A program made the translations under genes and the position numbers. A stretch of DNA of 64,000 nucleotides from Octopus vulgaris (taxonomy: Eukaryota): contig OX597826.1 of NCBI GenBank assembly GCA_951406725.2, forward strand, positions 70,246,001 through 70,310,000. The letters run 5' to 3'. Below the pieces are notes generated by a model. It was not told the DNA's origin. It saw only the letters and a program-made list of their open reading frames with translations, and ran no database searches. Below are positions 27,151-38,010 of the stretch, piece after piece. Numbering within the stretch: position 1 is the stretch's first letter; every line of letters starts with the position of its first letter.

Positions 27151-27569
27151 AGTTTACTGAAACTTTGCCTCATGTGACTAGACTTGAGGTGAACACAAGC
27201 AGTTGAGATTTGAACTCAGAACGTATGCATCCAAAAGCATTACTGTTGTTGCATCAACAATTCTGCCATTCTCCCACCCACAGAGCAACATGAAACGAAG
27301 TGTTTTGCTCAAGGATACAACCCACCAATCGGTCTAGGAATTGAACCCACAAACTAAGATGAAGTTTACTGAAACTTTGCCTCATGTGACTAGACTTGAG
27401 GTGAACACAAGCAGTTGAGATTTGAACTCAGAACGTATGCAGCCAAAAGCATTACTGTTGTTGCATCAACATTTCTGCCATTCTCCCACCCACAGAGCAA
27501 CATGAAACGAAGTGTTTTGCTCAAGGATACAACCCACCACTCGGTCTAGGAATTGAACCCACAAACTAA
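27151..27569. repeat. Near-perfect tandem duplication, 212-bp period, containing SINE B/D head remnants
   Basis: agtttactgaaactttgcc...cccacaaactaa at 27151-27357 and again at 27363-27569. Confidence 0.9.
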
Positions 27570-28046
27570 CAATTATGAGTGCCATTCTCTAACTACTAAG
27601 CCAGACACTTTCATAGAGTATGAAAATATGGAATAGAAACATGTAAACAATGTCTTGGCACTTTAAAATATTTTAAAATACCAAAATGTTTTGTTAATGG
27701 TCGAGCGACATATAAATGCTATTGATCATGTTATAGCCTGCAGTTTTTTTCTTGCAGCTTTAAAGAAACATGCTGTGCTAAACATAGATAGCATTTCTCT
27801 CGGCAAAAATATTTTGTTTATGAAAACTGCAGCATTCATCCTCCGGGGCGAACAGTAAGTTTCCAAGATTTGTTTTGGGGAAAAGAAAATTAGGATCCTC
27901 AATGTCAGGAAATATGCTATGTTCATGGCCCCTTAAACTGGATTGGAATTAGAAATTTTATTTCGAAACTGAGAAGAATATTCTCATCTACTAGGCAATT
28001 AATATGTGTGTGCATATACATATACACACACATGTGTATATTTATA

Positions 28047-28334
28047 GGTGCAGGAGTGGCTGTGTGGTAAGTAGCTTGCTTACCAACCACATGGTTCTGG
28101 GTTCAGTCCCACTGCATGGCACCTTGGGCAAGTGTCTTCTGCTATAGCCCCAGGCTGACCAAAGCCTTTTGTGGGGATTTGGTAGACGGAAACTGAAAGA
28201 AGCCCATCATATATATATGTATATATACATATTAATAGTTATCGCCATACTAATTAGTATGGCGATAACTATTAATTTCCAGTAACGCTGCCGTAATCTC
28301 CTTTAGAGAGACATAGTAATTTTAATATTTCTAT

Positions 28335-28381
<47 letters not shown>

Positions 28382-28612
28382 GTGTATGTGTGTGTGTGTG
28401 TGTGTTTATGTGTCTGTTTTTGTCCCCACCCCCAACATCGCTTGACAACTGATGCTGGTGTGTTTACGTTGCTGTAACTTAGCGGTTCGGCAAAAGAGGC
28501 CGATAGAATAAGTACTAGGCTTACAAAGAGTAAATCGTCCTGGGGTCAATTTGCTCAACTAAAGGTGAGGCTCCAGCATGGCCGCAGTCAAATGACTGAA
28601 ACAAGTAAAAGA
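28047..28612 (+). mobile_element. SINE family A, full length, with a foreign palindromic insert in its TA tract
   Basis: Complete head and tail; extra ~105 bp at 28231-28336. Confidence 0.85.
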
Positions 28613-29095
28613 ATATACATGTATATATGTATGATGATGATGATGAGAACTGGGGGGGTCATTATAATCGACTTACCCCTCCCCCCCGAAAATTTTTGGC
28701 CCTAGGCCAAAATTTGAAACCAATACAAGTACTGGTGTTTTTAGTCCTGCTATGAAACAGAACCCACAATGGCCTTTTTTTTTTAGTATCTTGGTATGGA
28801 GGTCAAACTGATCAGTTTCATTGCTATTTAATAATTCATCGTGATTCACTCACCTGCTGCAGATCATGTTTTTGCAGAGGGCTACTTATTGAAATATAAA
28901 TAAGTATGTGCCTGGGCACAAACTCATTTGCATAACCGTACGAGTTTGACTGCTGGAAAATAATTACTGGCATACTAATAAAGCCTCGGTTATGAATAAA
29001 TAAATGTACAGACTCGCTTCTATGCATATTTCGTCTTTCTGAGAAATAAGTCCCACAAGGGCCATTTTGGTGACTTCGTTACCAGGATAATTTCA

Positions 29096-29759
29096 CAGTT
29101 CTATGGTGTAGGGGTTAAGAGCACAGGCTACTAACCCCTAGATTCTGATTTCGATTCCAAGCAGTGACCTGAATAATAATAATAATATCAAAAAATTACC
29201 TTAGGATTGGAGTGGTCAGGGAACTAGGTGTAGGAGTGGCTGTGTGGTAAGTAGCTTGCTTACCAACCACATGGTTCCAGTTTCAGTCCCACTGCGTGGC
29301 ACCTTGGGCAAGTGTATTCTACTATAGCCTCAGGCCGACCAAAGCCTTGTGAGTGGATTTAGTAGACGGAAACTGAAAGAAGCCCATCATATATATGTAT
29401 ATATTAGTGTGTGTGTATATGTTTGTGTGTCCGTGTTTGTCCCCCAACATCGCTTGACAACTGATGTTGGTGTGTTTACATCCCCATAACTTAGCAGTTC
29501 GGCAGAAGAGGCTGATAGAATAAGTACTGGGCTTACAAAAAATAAGTCCTGGGGTCGATTTGCTTGACTAAAAGGTGGAGCTCCAGCATGGCCACAGTCA
29601 AATGACTGAAACAAGTAAAAGAGTAGGAATGAGAACCCAGGTTTGAAATTTCCCCAAGATACCTGATGAAGGCTGGAGGGTATATCAGCCAAAATGTTGT
29701 GTTAACAACAAATAAGGTCAGGACAAATATCCGTCAAATGTAAATAATGTACCTAATAT
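29096..29759 (+). mobile_element. tRNA-headed short retroelement with hammerhead-like motif and 11-bp TSD, interrupted by a family A SINE
   Basis: TSD ggataatttca at 29085-29095 and 29760-29770; A-box tggtgtagggg and B-box-like tttcgattcc; ctgatga-a-ggctg...cagcc-aaaat-gtt at 29663-29698. Confidence 0.65.
29227..29623 (+). mobile_element. SINE family A, full length, nested insertion
   Basis: Complete head-to-tail match to other copies; tagga appears on both sides. Confidence 0.85.
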
Positions 29760-30215
29760 GGATAATTTCAGTCCACTATTTTATTTATCCATGGAGCCAT
29801 CGCGCATCTACGAAACTTCTTGCCACAGTAGATGAAACAATTTCGCTTTTTTCATGATTTGTTAAAGAAGGATAGCAAAAGTTTCTATTCTGTAAATGAT
29901 CTGCTTGATAGACCACCAAAGACAACTGGTTCCCTGACCATTAGATATGATCTGAAAATGTGAGGATCAAAATGTTAAACCTCATTTGTAACTTCAGGAC
30001 TAGGATCCAACCAGACAATTTCACTCCAGCGTTTTATTTATCCAATGAGCCATCGCACATCTACGAAATTTCTTGCTATGGCAGATGAAACAATTTCGCT
30101 TCTTTCTTGGTTTGTGAAAAACGAATAGCAAGGGTGAGCACATTCTGCCTGGTAGACCATCAAAGACAACTAGTTTCATTGCTATTAAATCTGATCTGAA
30201 AATGTGAGGATCAAA
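29760..30215. repeat. Old diverged tandem duplication (~250-bp period)
   Basis: gagccatcgc.catctacgaaa...agatgaaacaatttcgctt...tgatctgaaaatgtgaggatcaaa present twice. Confidence 0.8.
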
Positions 30216-30807
30216 TTGCTCTGCTTTGTTTAGCGATTATTGTACACAAATGAGTTTCATTTCATATCGTTGCTGTATAAATGTTACAAATTGTAAATGA
30301 AAGACAATGATAGTACTCTATACACGGTACAGAGTTTGTTCATGTATTAAAGTTATCTATATGCACGTGTGAGGGGTGTGGATGGTCAATGGTGTATTTT
30401 ACAGAAAGAGAGTCCACAGCAGACGATGGTAAGAAGTGGACCACAATGGCGAGAGGCGAAGTGTTGTTTGGTTTGTTATTGTATCAAGAGAAAAATATTG
30501 ATTTTTCGTCTTCTAAGCCAAAATGAGATTGCCAAAGTACCAAGGTGAAGTGTGGCTCCTTTGTATAAAAGTAACATATTGATTTCCTCGTTCCATGGCA
30601 AGGAGTTTGGTTCCCATGAACAAGACACACTCACAGACAGACACACACACACACCACACACACACACACAGATAGATAGCTGAATAGGTTCTCTGAAGTG
30701 TTACGTTACCGTAATAGATTCAGTGTTACTGTTCCATCTGTCTTTGACTCATACCACTGCTTTGAAGTTTCTCAGTGTATTACTATCATTGTTGCAGTTA
30801 TAATGAC

Positions 30808-30847
<40 letters not shown>

Positions 30848-31477
30848 TATTATTATTATTATTATTACTGTTATTTTCATGCATCCCAACATGCTTGCTT
30901 GCAATATTTTGTAAAAAAAAAAAAAAATGGTGCTTGGTGCAAGGCCCCCAAAAAAATCATTTTGTTGTTGTTGTTGTTATTGGTATTATTTAGTAAGAGG
31001 AAGAAGGGAAAAAAACCCTTGATGCTTGTATCCTTCACACTCCCCATTTCCCGCCTCCCCCCCTTCTCCGCAGGCCGGTGAGTGAGAGATCAATACAGTC
31101 GATGTTCAGCTTGAACTTCTGAAGGTCAGTGTTGTCTGTAGGGCAGCAGACAGGTGGAGGGGCCGGGGGACGGAGTAAGGAAGGGGAGACGGCAGGGGAT
31201 GGAGAGAGGGGGGGGAGAAGCAGTTCCTGCGAGTTGTTGCAGTTCTTGGAAGTTTGCATTGGTAAATGCACTTGCACATGCACACACACACACATTCTCA
31301 CACAGACAAACACTTTCATCATACACACATTTGAATATTTCCACACACACACACACACATGCAGATACACAAAACTAGAAATAGCAGCTAAATCTCTAGA
31401 AATGGCTAGAAATAACTACCATATCTCACTCATATCACAGAGCTTGTTGTCTTATAAAATAGGAAGGTCACATTGCA

Positions 31478-32258
31478 TAATGAGCTGGCAGAATCGGTAG
31501 AGTGCCAGGCGAAATGCTTAACGGTATTTCGTCTGTCGTTACGTTCTGAGTTCAAATTCCGCCGAGGTCGACTTTGCCTTTCATCCTTTCGGGGTCAATT
31601 AAATAAGTACCAGTTACACACTGGGGGTCGATATAATCGACTTAATCCGTTTGTCTGTCCGTGTTTGCCCTCTGTGTTTAGCCCCTTGTGGGTAGTAAAG
31701 AAATAGGTATTTCGTCTGTCTTTACGTTCTGAGTTCAAATTCCGCTGAGGTTGATTTTGACTTTCATCCTTTTGGGGTCGATAAATTAAGTACCAGTTGC
31801 ATATTGGGGTCAATCTAGTTGACTGGCCCCCTCCCCAAATATTTCGATCTTTGTGCCTAGAGTAGAAAAGAATATTGTTCTGTTTCAAAGGCGGCGAGCT
31901 GGCAGAATCGTTAGCACGCCGGGCACAATGCTTAACGGTATTTCGTCTGCCACTACGTTCTGAGTTCAAATTCCACCGACGTCGACTTTGCCTTTCATCC
32001 TTTCGGGGTCAATTAAATAAGTACCAGTTACACACTGGGGTCGATATAATCGACTTAATCCATTTGTCTGTCCGTGTTTGTCCTCTCTGTGTTTAGCCCC
32101 TTGTGGGTAGTAAAGAAATAGAAATTCCACCGAGGTTAACTTTGCCTTTCATCCTTTCGGGGTCGATAAATTAAGTACCAGTTGCATACTGGGGTCAATC
32201 TAATCGACTGGCTCCCTCCCCAAAAGTTTTGGGCCTTGTGCCTGGAGTAGAAAAGAAT
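31478..32258 (+). mobile_element. Tandem array of family B SINE dimers
   Basis: Head gagctggcagaatcg occurs twice; core gttctgagttcaaattccgccgaggtcgactttgcctttcatcctttcggggtc occurs four times (one 5'-truncated); two alternative tails. Confidence 0.85.
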
Positions 32259-32465
32259 GTAGCCATAGGTACACTGTCTCTGAAAGCAAGCTAAACACTG
32301 GTGGAAAGCCTTTGATCATAGATCTACTCAGTCGTGGCTTGACCTGGGGCTAAACTATGACAACACAATATTCATAAGCACACACTGACATTTTGCTACG
32401 TACACATAAACACAAACACATGTGTAGTTTTGTGTGTGTGTGTGTGTGCGTGTGTATAGAATAGA

Positions 32466-32895
32466 TGCAGGCTTCGTTGTGTGGTTAAGAGGCTTGCTTC
32501 CCAACCATGTGGACCTGGGTTCAGTTCTACTGCATGGTAGCTTGGGCAGTTGTCTGCTACCAAAATTACAAGTTGACCAAAGTCTCGTGAATGGTTTTGG
32601 TAGATGGAAACTGAAGGAAGCTGTCATTGTGTGTGTGTGTTAACTGCATGCATCCCTGTCATGATGTCATGTGATTATGCTACATGAGTGTCACTGTCAG
32701 ACAAGGGGTGGTGTTTGTTTCCAGTCCTCCATGAAGAAATATGTCTGACCATCAGGAAATATTACCTTTGCTTGGAAAACAAGGTGAGGGTTGGCAACAG
32801 GAAGAGCATCCAGGCATAGAAAATCTGCCCCCAACAAATTCCATCTGACCCATGCAAGCATGGAAAAGAGGGAGTTAAAGGATGATAATAATAAC
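32466..32895 (+). mobile_element. Chimeric SINE: family A-like head with an RTE 3'-UTR-like tail
   Basis: Head gttgtgtggttaag...ggttcagttc; tail gttggcaacaggaagagcatcc...catgcaagcatggaaaag...gatgat. Confidence 0.6.
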
Positions 32896-33071
32896 ATGTG
32901 GTATTGAGGTGGTCATTTCAATTCTTGGGCTGAGATGGGCTGGGCTGGGTTGAGTTGGGTTTGGCTGGGTGGCACATGGTGTGCTCTAGAACAAGATGCT
33001 TCATTTCGCATCACTCCAGTCTACCAGCTCCCGTGGTAATATTTAAAAAATATTTTTTGTTTAAAATATTT

Positions 33072-33240
33072 TTTGTTTCAGTAATTTGACTGTGGCCATG
33101 CTGGAGCACTGCCTTTAGTCGAGCAAATTTGCCCCAGGACTTATTCTTTGGAAGCTTAGTACTTATTCTATTGGTCGCTTTGCTGAACCGCTAAGTGATG
33201 GGGACATAAACACACCAGCATCGGTTGTCAAGCAATGTTG
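33072..33240 (-). mobile_element. SINE family A 3' half
   Basis: tgtttcagtaatttgactgtggccatgctggagcac...acaccagcatcggttgtcaagc. Confidence 0.8.
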
Positions 33241-33827
33241 GGGGTGGGGGGACCAGCTGAAATGCTGGTCACTGGTGCAGCTCCCTCTTTCTCTTGCCAT
33301 CACATCTTTTCAGTTCTGGATGTTTTCAGTGTGAGGGTGCAGAGTTTTCTTCGGCTGAATGCCTTTCCTGACACCTACCCTTCCCTTGCTTCCAAGCGAG
33401 GTAATAATCCCTTTGTCTATCAAACATGCTTATACAGAGAACTAGAAAAAAAAGGGCACTGAAATGAGCCTTTTGTTTACAAAGACTGTAAAAACATGTC
33501 AAGACATGTCAAGGGGCCCAGACAGGCTTTCATAGTGGATCACAAGCGAATGACACATAGCGGATAGACAAGAAGGAAATACAAAACCACTTACACAAAC
33601 ACACTTACACATACATGCAGACATTCAAACACATATAAGGAAAGAGACAGCAATGGAATGAACAATTATTTTGTGAATTTCATTAGCTTAAAGCTGTTTC
33701 TGCTATAAGATGCAGTGAACACAGAGTTAAGTGCCTGAGTAACACCTTACAGCTTCATCAGAGCCTCAAACATGAAGAGCAATTTATTTTGGAAAACAAA
33801 TACACTGTGTGTGTGTTTAAATATATA

Positions 33828-34125
33828 TGCGTGGCACCTTGGGTAAGCCTCTTTTACTATAGCCACAGGCCGACCAAAGCCTTGTGAATGGATTTGGTTT
33901 GACGGAAACTGAAAGAAGCCTGTCGTATATATATATATGTGTGTGTGTTTGTGTGTCTGTGTTTGTGCCCCCAACATTGCTTGACAACCGATGCTGGTGT
34001 GTTTATGTCCCCCCAAAGAGACCAATAGAATAAGTACTAGGCTTCCAAAGAATATGTCCTGGGGCGATTTGCTCGACTAAAGACGCTGCTCCAGCATGAC
34101 TGCAGTCAAATTACTTAAACAAAAA
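33828..34125 (+). mobile_element. SINE family A, 5'-truncated
   Basis: gcgtggcaccttggg...ctccagcatgactgcagtcaaat. Confidence 0.8.
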
Positions 34126-34344
34126 CTATTTAAAAAATATAAGATATGTATGTTATTTACCACAGAAACTACAATGAAAAAAATATGAGAAAGATATGGT
34201 ATATAATTTTTTTTTGGCAGGGATTCCTTGTGACATGGAATTATTTTTAAGGGTTATGCAAGGGTAAAAAGATTGAGAAACACTGCCCTAACCACTAAGC
34301 CATGTGCCTCCACGATGATGATAAGGCACAGTAATAAATAAAAT

Positions 34345-34596
34345 AAATGTGCCCTTTTTAAAGCCTAGCCAGGCTCATGGGCCCGGTTTCCCGGTTTCTA
34401 TGGCATATGTGTTCCCCAGCTGGACGGGACGCCAGTCCATCGCAGTGTTACTCATTTTTGCCAGCTGAGTGGACTGGAGCAACGTGAAATGAAGTGTTTT
34501 GCTCAAGAACACTATGTGTTGCCCGGGCCAGGAATCGAAACCATAATCTTATGATCATGGTGCTGACACCCTAACCACTAAGCCACGTACCTCCAC
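34345..34596 (-). mobile_element. SINE family D-related copy
   Basis: cagctgagtggactggagcaacgtgaaatgaagtgttttgctcaagaacac...ccctaaccactaagccac. Confidence 0.75.
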
Positions 34597-34769
34597 AATA
34601 AAACACGATACCAAGTGGTAAGCGGTCATGAATAGGGGCTGGTGGCTGCTGCTGTTGTGCCATTGTCCATTCATTTCTGCAACCCAAACTTTCAAAGATG
34701 CCACACCCTAATCTAGCCACATCATCTCTCCCCTGTTTATACAACACAGAAAAGTAAGCCATTAAAGTC

Positions 34770-35185
34770 TGGAGCTGGCAGAAACATTAAGCACACCGGG
34801 CGAAATGCTTCGCCATATTTTGTCTGCCGTTATGTTCTGAGTTCAAATTCCACCGAGGTCAACTTTGCCTTTCATCCTTTTGGGGTCAATAAATTAGGTA
34901 CCAGTTACACACTGGGGTTGATGTAATCGACTTAATCCATTTGTCTGTCCTTGTTTGTCCTCTCTGTGTTTAGCCCCTTGTGGGTAGTAAAGAAATAGGT
35001 ATTTCGTCTGCCGCTACATTCTGAGTTCAAATTCTGCCGAGGTCGACTTTGCCTTTCATCCTTTCGGGGTTTGATAAATCAAGTACCAGTTACGCACTGG
35101 GGTCAATGTAATTGACTTAATCCCTTTGTCTGTCCTTGTTTGTCCCCTCTCTGTGTTTAGCCCCTTGTGGGTAGTAAAGAAATAT
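34770..35185 (+). mobile_element. SINE family B dimer
   Basis: Head, core and tail, then re-entry at gtatttcgtctgccg and a second core and tail. Confidence 0.85.
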
Positions 35186-35529
35186 ATTAAAGTCCGTGTC
35201 CTTTGAATTTTGTTGGTGCCAATGTTTCTCTTATGGTCTTATACAATGTTAAACAGCGCTGTAAGCTCTGGGTCTCTCATTCATAAGGCCTCTAATTTTT
35301 TATTAATCACCATTTAGCCATTCACCCCCCACTACACCACCACCACAACCACCATCATCATCATTGTCACCATGACTACCACTGTTTCTGCTACTGGTCA
35401 TTATAGACACATAATACCATTACTGACTGTCTAATAGTTTCCATGTGTGTCTGTGATTGTATGTGTCAGTGTGTGTGTGTGTGTGTGAGTGTTTGAATGA
35501 TTGTGTGTGTTTGTGTTTGTAAATGTTAA

Positions 35530-35565
<36 letters not shown>

Positions 35566-36229
35566 TGTTTGAATGATTGTGTGTGTTTGTGTTTGTAAAT
35601 GTTAATGTATGTGTGTCTGTGTGTGGTGTGTCTGTGTATGTGTGTGTGGGTATGTGTGTGTGTGTGTGTGTGAATGATCGTGTATTTGTGTACATGCCTG
35701 TGCATGCTTGTTGATATATGTTATTATGTGTATGTGTGAATGCACATGCGCATGTGTGTGTGTATGTGTGTGTGTGTATGTGTGTGTGTGTGTGTGTGTA
35801 CGTGTGAGAAAGAGGGAGATTCAATGATTGTGTCTGTGTGTAGTTTGCGTGATTGTGTTTGCTTCTGAATATACGCACACCAGTATGCGTGTGCATGTAT
35901 GTATGTGTGTATTAGCATGTGTGTGTGTATGTGTGTGTTAGCATGTGTGTGTATGTGCATGTACGTTAATGTATGTGTGTGTGTTCCTCTTTCTTTCATT
36001 TTTTATCATCCTATTTGTTTTGATGTGATTGGTTGTTCCACACACACACACACACACACGCACACACACACACACATGCATACACACACACACAGGCATG
36101 CACACACACAGCCGTTGCGCGTCTCCAGGGTGAGGCGAGGGCCGGTAGTGGTAGGGTCCGTTGTCGGCTTCATCACAGTAATTGATTAAATTAATTAGTT
36201 AATGGTCAGTGGGGTAGATAAATGAAAGG

Positions 36230-37500
36230 ATGATAGAACAGGTGAACGAGCGAGCGAAAGATTAGATGTGTGAAGGAAGGAGAGGGCAAGAAATTGAATG
36301 AATTAATGAAAATGAAAGATGGAATGAGTGTGTGTGTGTGTGTGTGAATGATGAATGAGTGAGAGATTGATTGAGTGAATGAGAAATTGAATGAGTGTGT
36401 CAATGAATGTGTAGATGAAAAAGTGAATGAGCAAGAAAATGAAGGAGTGAATGAAGGAATGGGTGAATGAAGAAGTTGGTGAGAGATTGAATGAGAAATT
36501 GAATGAAGGAGTGAATGAGAGATTGAAGGAATGGGTGAATGAAGAAGTTGGTGAGAGATTGAATGAGAAATTGAATGAAGGAGTGAATGAGAGATTGAAG
36601 GAATGGGTGAATGAAGAAGTTGGTGAGAGATTGAATGAGAAATTGAATGAATGCATGGATGAGAAATTGAATGAAGGAGTGAATGAGAGATTGAAGGAAT
36701 GGGTGAATGAAGGAGTTGGTGAGAGATTGAATGAGAAATTGAATGAATGTTTGAATGAATGCATGGATGAGAAATTGAAGGAATGGGTGAATGAAGGAGT
36801 GGGTACAACATGAATGAGAAATTGAATGAGTTTGTGAATGAAAAGATGAATAAGAAAGTGATTAAAAGAGTGAATGAGAGATGGATGGAATGGATGAATG
36901 AAAAAGTGAGTGAGAAGTTGAATGAAAAATTGAATGAATACATGAATGAGAAAGTGAATGAAAGAGTGAATGAGAAAGTGAAGGAATGAATGAATGAAGG
37001 AGTGGATGAGAGATTGAATGAGAGTAAAATAATGTGCATAAGGAGTGAAAGTATGTTGGAATGAAGCAAATGAATGAAGAATAAAAAGAAGAGAAAGAAA
37101 CATGCAAAAGAATGAAATAAAGTGATGAGGATTGAAAGAAAGTAAGGCATGAAAAATGGAGGAAGCAAAGAAAGGAATGAAAGAATGAGTAAATGAAAGA
37201 AAAGAAGGAAAGAATAAAATAGTGAATGAATGAAGGAACAATAGATGAAAGACAAGTAATGGAAAGAAAGAAATTATGCTGTAATGAAAGGAAGAAAGAG
37301 ATTCAGTGAATGAAAGGAAGAAGTAAAGAACAAAATAGTGAATGAATGAATGAATGAAAGGAATATAGCAGGAATTGAGAAATAATGTAAAAAGGAAAAC
37401 AGAGCTTTGTGAATGAAAAGAAGAAAGAAATAGAATGAAATAAAAGAAGAATAAAGAGCCAGAGAATGAAAAAAAAAAAAATTGAAAGAAAGAAGGAAAA
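36230..37500. repeat. Purine-rich (GAAT)-derived cryptic satellite with a 72-bp higher-order unit at ~36450-36800
   Basis: gaaggaatgggtgaatgaagaagttggtgagagattgaatgagaaattgaat repeated; period of 24 aa in the spurious ORFs. Confidence 0.85.
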
Positions 37501-37769
37501 TGTTATTTTGAAAATAAGATTTATCAAATTTTCATTTTTATTAAAGAAAGTCTAAAATTCTAAAACAAACAAGTATGCTAATTTATTCAAATTATTTCGA
37601 ATGTGCTTTTTTTTGTTCCTCACTTGACATTTCCCTTATTTTTGTTATTGTGGACTGATGGTGTTGGTGTTGGTGGTGGTGGTTATGGCAGGAAGGGCCG
37701 GGGAACAAGAGAGGATGACCATTCTAAAACCCTGCAAGCACCAGTTGCAGTTACTAGCCCTTTCTCTCA

Positions 37770-37811
37770 CTTTTTCTTTCCCTCTCTCTCTTTCTCTCTT
37801 TCTCTCTCATT

Positions 37812-37875
<64 letters not shown>

Positions 37876-37903
37876 CTCTCTCTCTCTCTCTCTCTCTCTC
37901 ACT

Positions 37904-37934
<31 letters not shown>

Positions 37935-38010
37935 ACTTTCTCTTTCCCTCTCTCTCACTTTCTCTCTCCCTCTCTCTCTCTCACTTTCTCTTTCTCTCTC
38001 TCTCTCTCTC
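37770..38010. repeat. (CT)n microsatellite
   Basis: Directly visible. Confidence 0.95.
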
